Shown: positions 63,801 to 64,000 of the stretch, one piece after another | How the letters are laid out: every line of letters starts with the position of its first letter | Position numbering within the stretch: the stretch's first letter is position 1 | NCBI GenBank assembly: GCA_038087875.1 | Contig: CM075987.1 | Coordinates: 17,362,001 to 17,426,000, forward strand | Direction of reading: 5' to 3' | Length of the DNA stretch: 64,000 bases | Source: Malacoraja senta | Lineage: Eukaryota | The notes under the pieces: generated by a model | Databases searched by the model: none | The model's input: only the letters and a program-made list of their open reading frames with translations | What the model was told of the DNA's origin: nothing | Program-made: the position numbers and the translations under genes

Positions 63801-64000
63801 CTCTTCAGAAAATGTGTTGGTTGCTTGCAAAGAATTTGCCAATTTGGCTTGGCTTTTAAAGACTCTTCAGAAAATGTGTTGGTTTCTTGCAAAGTGTTTG
63901 CCAAATGTGGTTTGGCTTTTAAAGACTCTTCAGAAAATGTGTTGGTTGCTTGCAAAGTGTTTTCCAAGTTGGCTTGGCTTTTAAAGACTCTTCAGAAAAT

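Larger units (their letters stand above)
36664..64000. repeat. Satellite DNA array, 60/62-bp monomer, right arm (continues off the window end)
   Basis: Same monomer and orientation, with a different set of diagnostic variants from the left arm. Confidence 0.99.

Noticed and set aside
6..63984. Hundreds of 60-219 aa ORFs with repeated LVACKVFAKLAWLLKTSEN-type peptides
   Set aside because: The 60-bp monomer is a multiple of three and lacks stops in some frames. The 62-bp monomers shift frame constantly, and ORFs occur on both strands with no sign of coding constraint.
1..64000. CRISPR array
   Set aside because: There are no unique spacers; the whole monomer repeats, and no cas genes are present.
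1..64000. Inversions, telomeric repeats or further non-satellite inserts
   Set aside because: Reading by eye, all monomers share one orientation and no TTAGGG runs or other foreign segments were seen. Very small events could have been missed.

Overview
Non-coding eukaryotic tandem-repeat DNA. Essentially the whole 64 kb is one head-to-tail, single-orientation satellite array of roughly 1,000 monomers of 60/62 bp (consensus CAGAAAATGTGTTGGTTGCTTGCAAAG[C/T]GTTTGCCAAGTTGGCTTGGCTTTTAAAGACT[CT]T). It is organised into local, young higher-order duplications with periods of about 0.79, 0.86, 1.64, 1.97, 2.21, 2.39, 3.38 and 3.71 kb, and the diagnostic variants turn over from left to right. The only non-satellite sequence I found is a 151-bp insert present twice (34875-35025 and 36513-36663). 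The second copy has a perfect 16-bp target-site duplication. Each copy carries a minimal type I hammerhead ribozyme motif (CTGAAGA-A-stem II-GAAACGTT) of the kind associated with Penelope-like retroelements. From memory its 3' part resembles a repeat common in cartilaginous fish (skate/ray) genomes, which needs a search to confirm. All ORFs in the supplied track are translation artefacts of the repeat. All coordinates and periods were read by eye and from ORF-track offsets, not computed.
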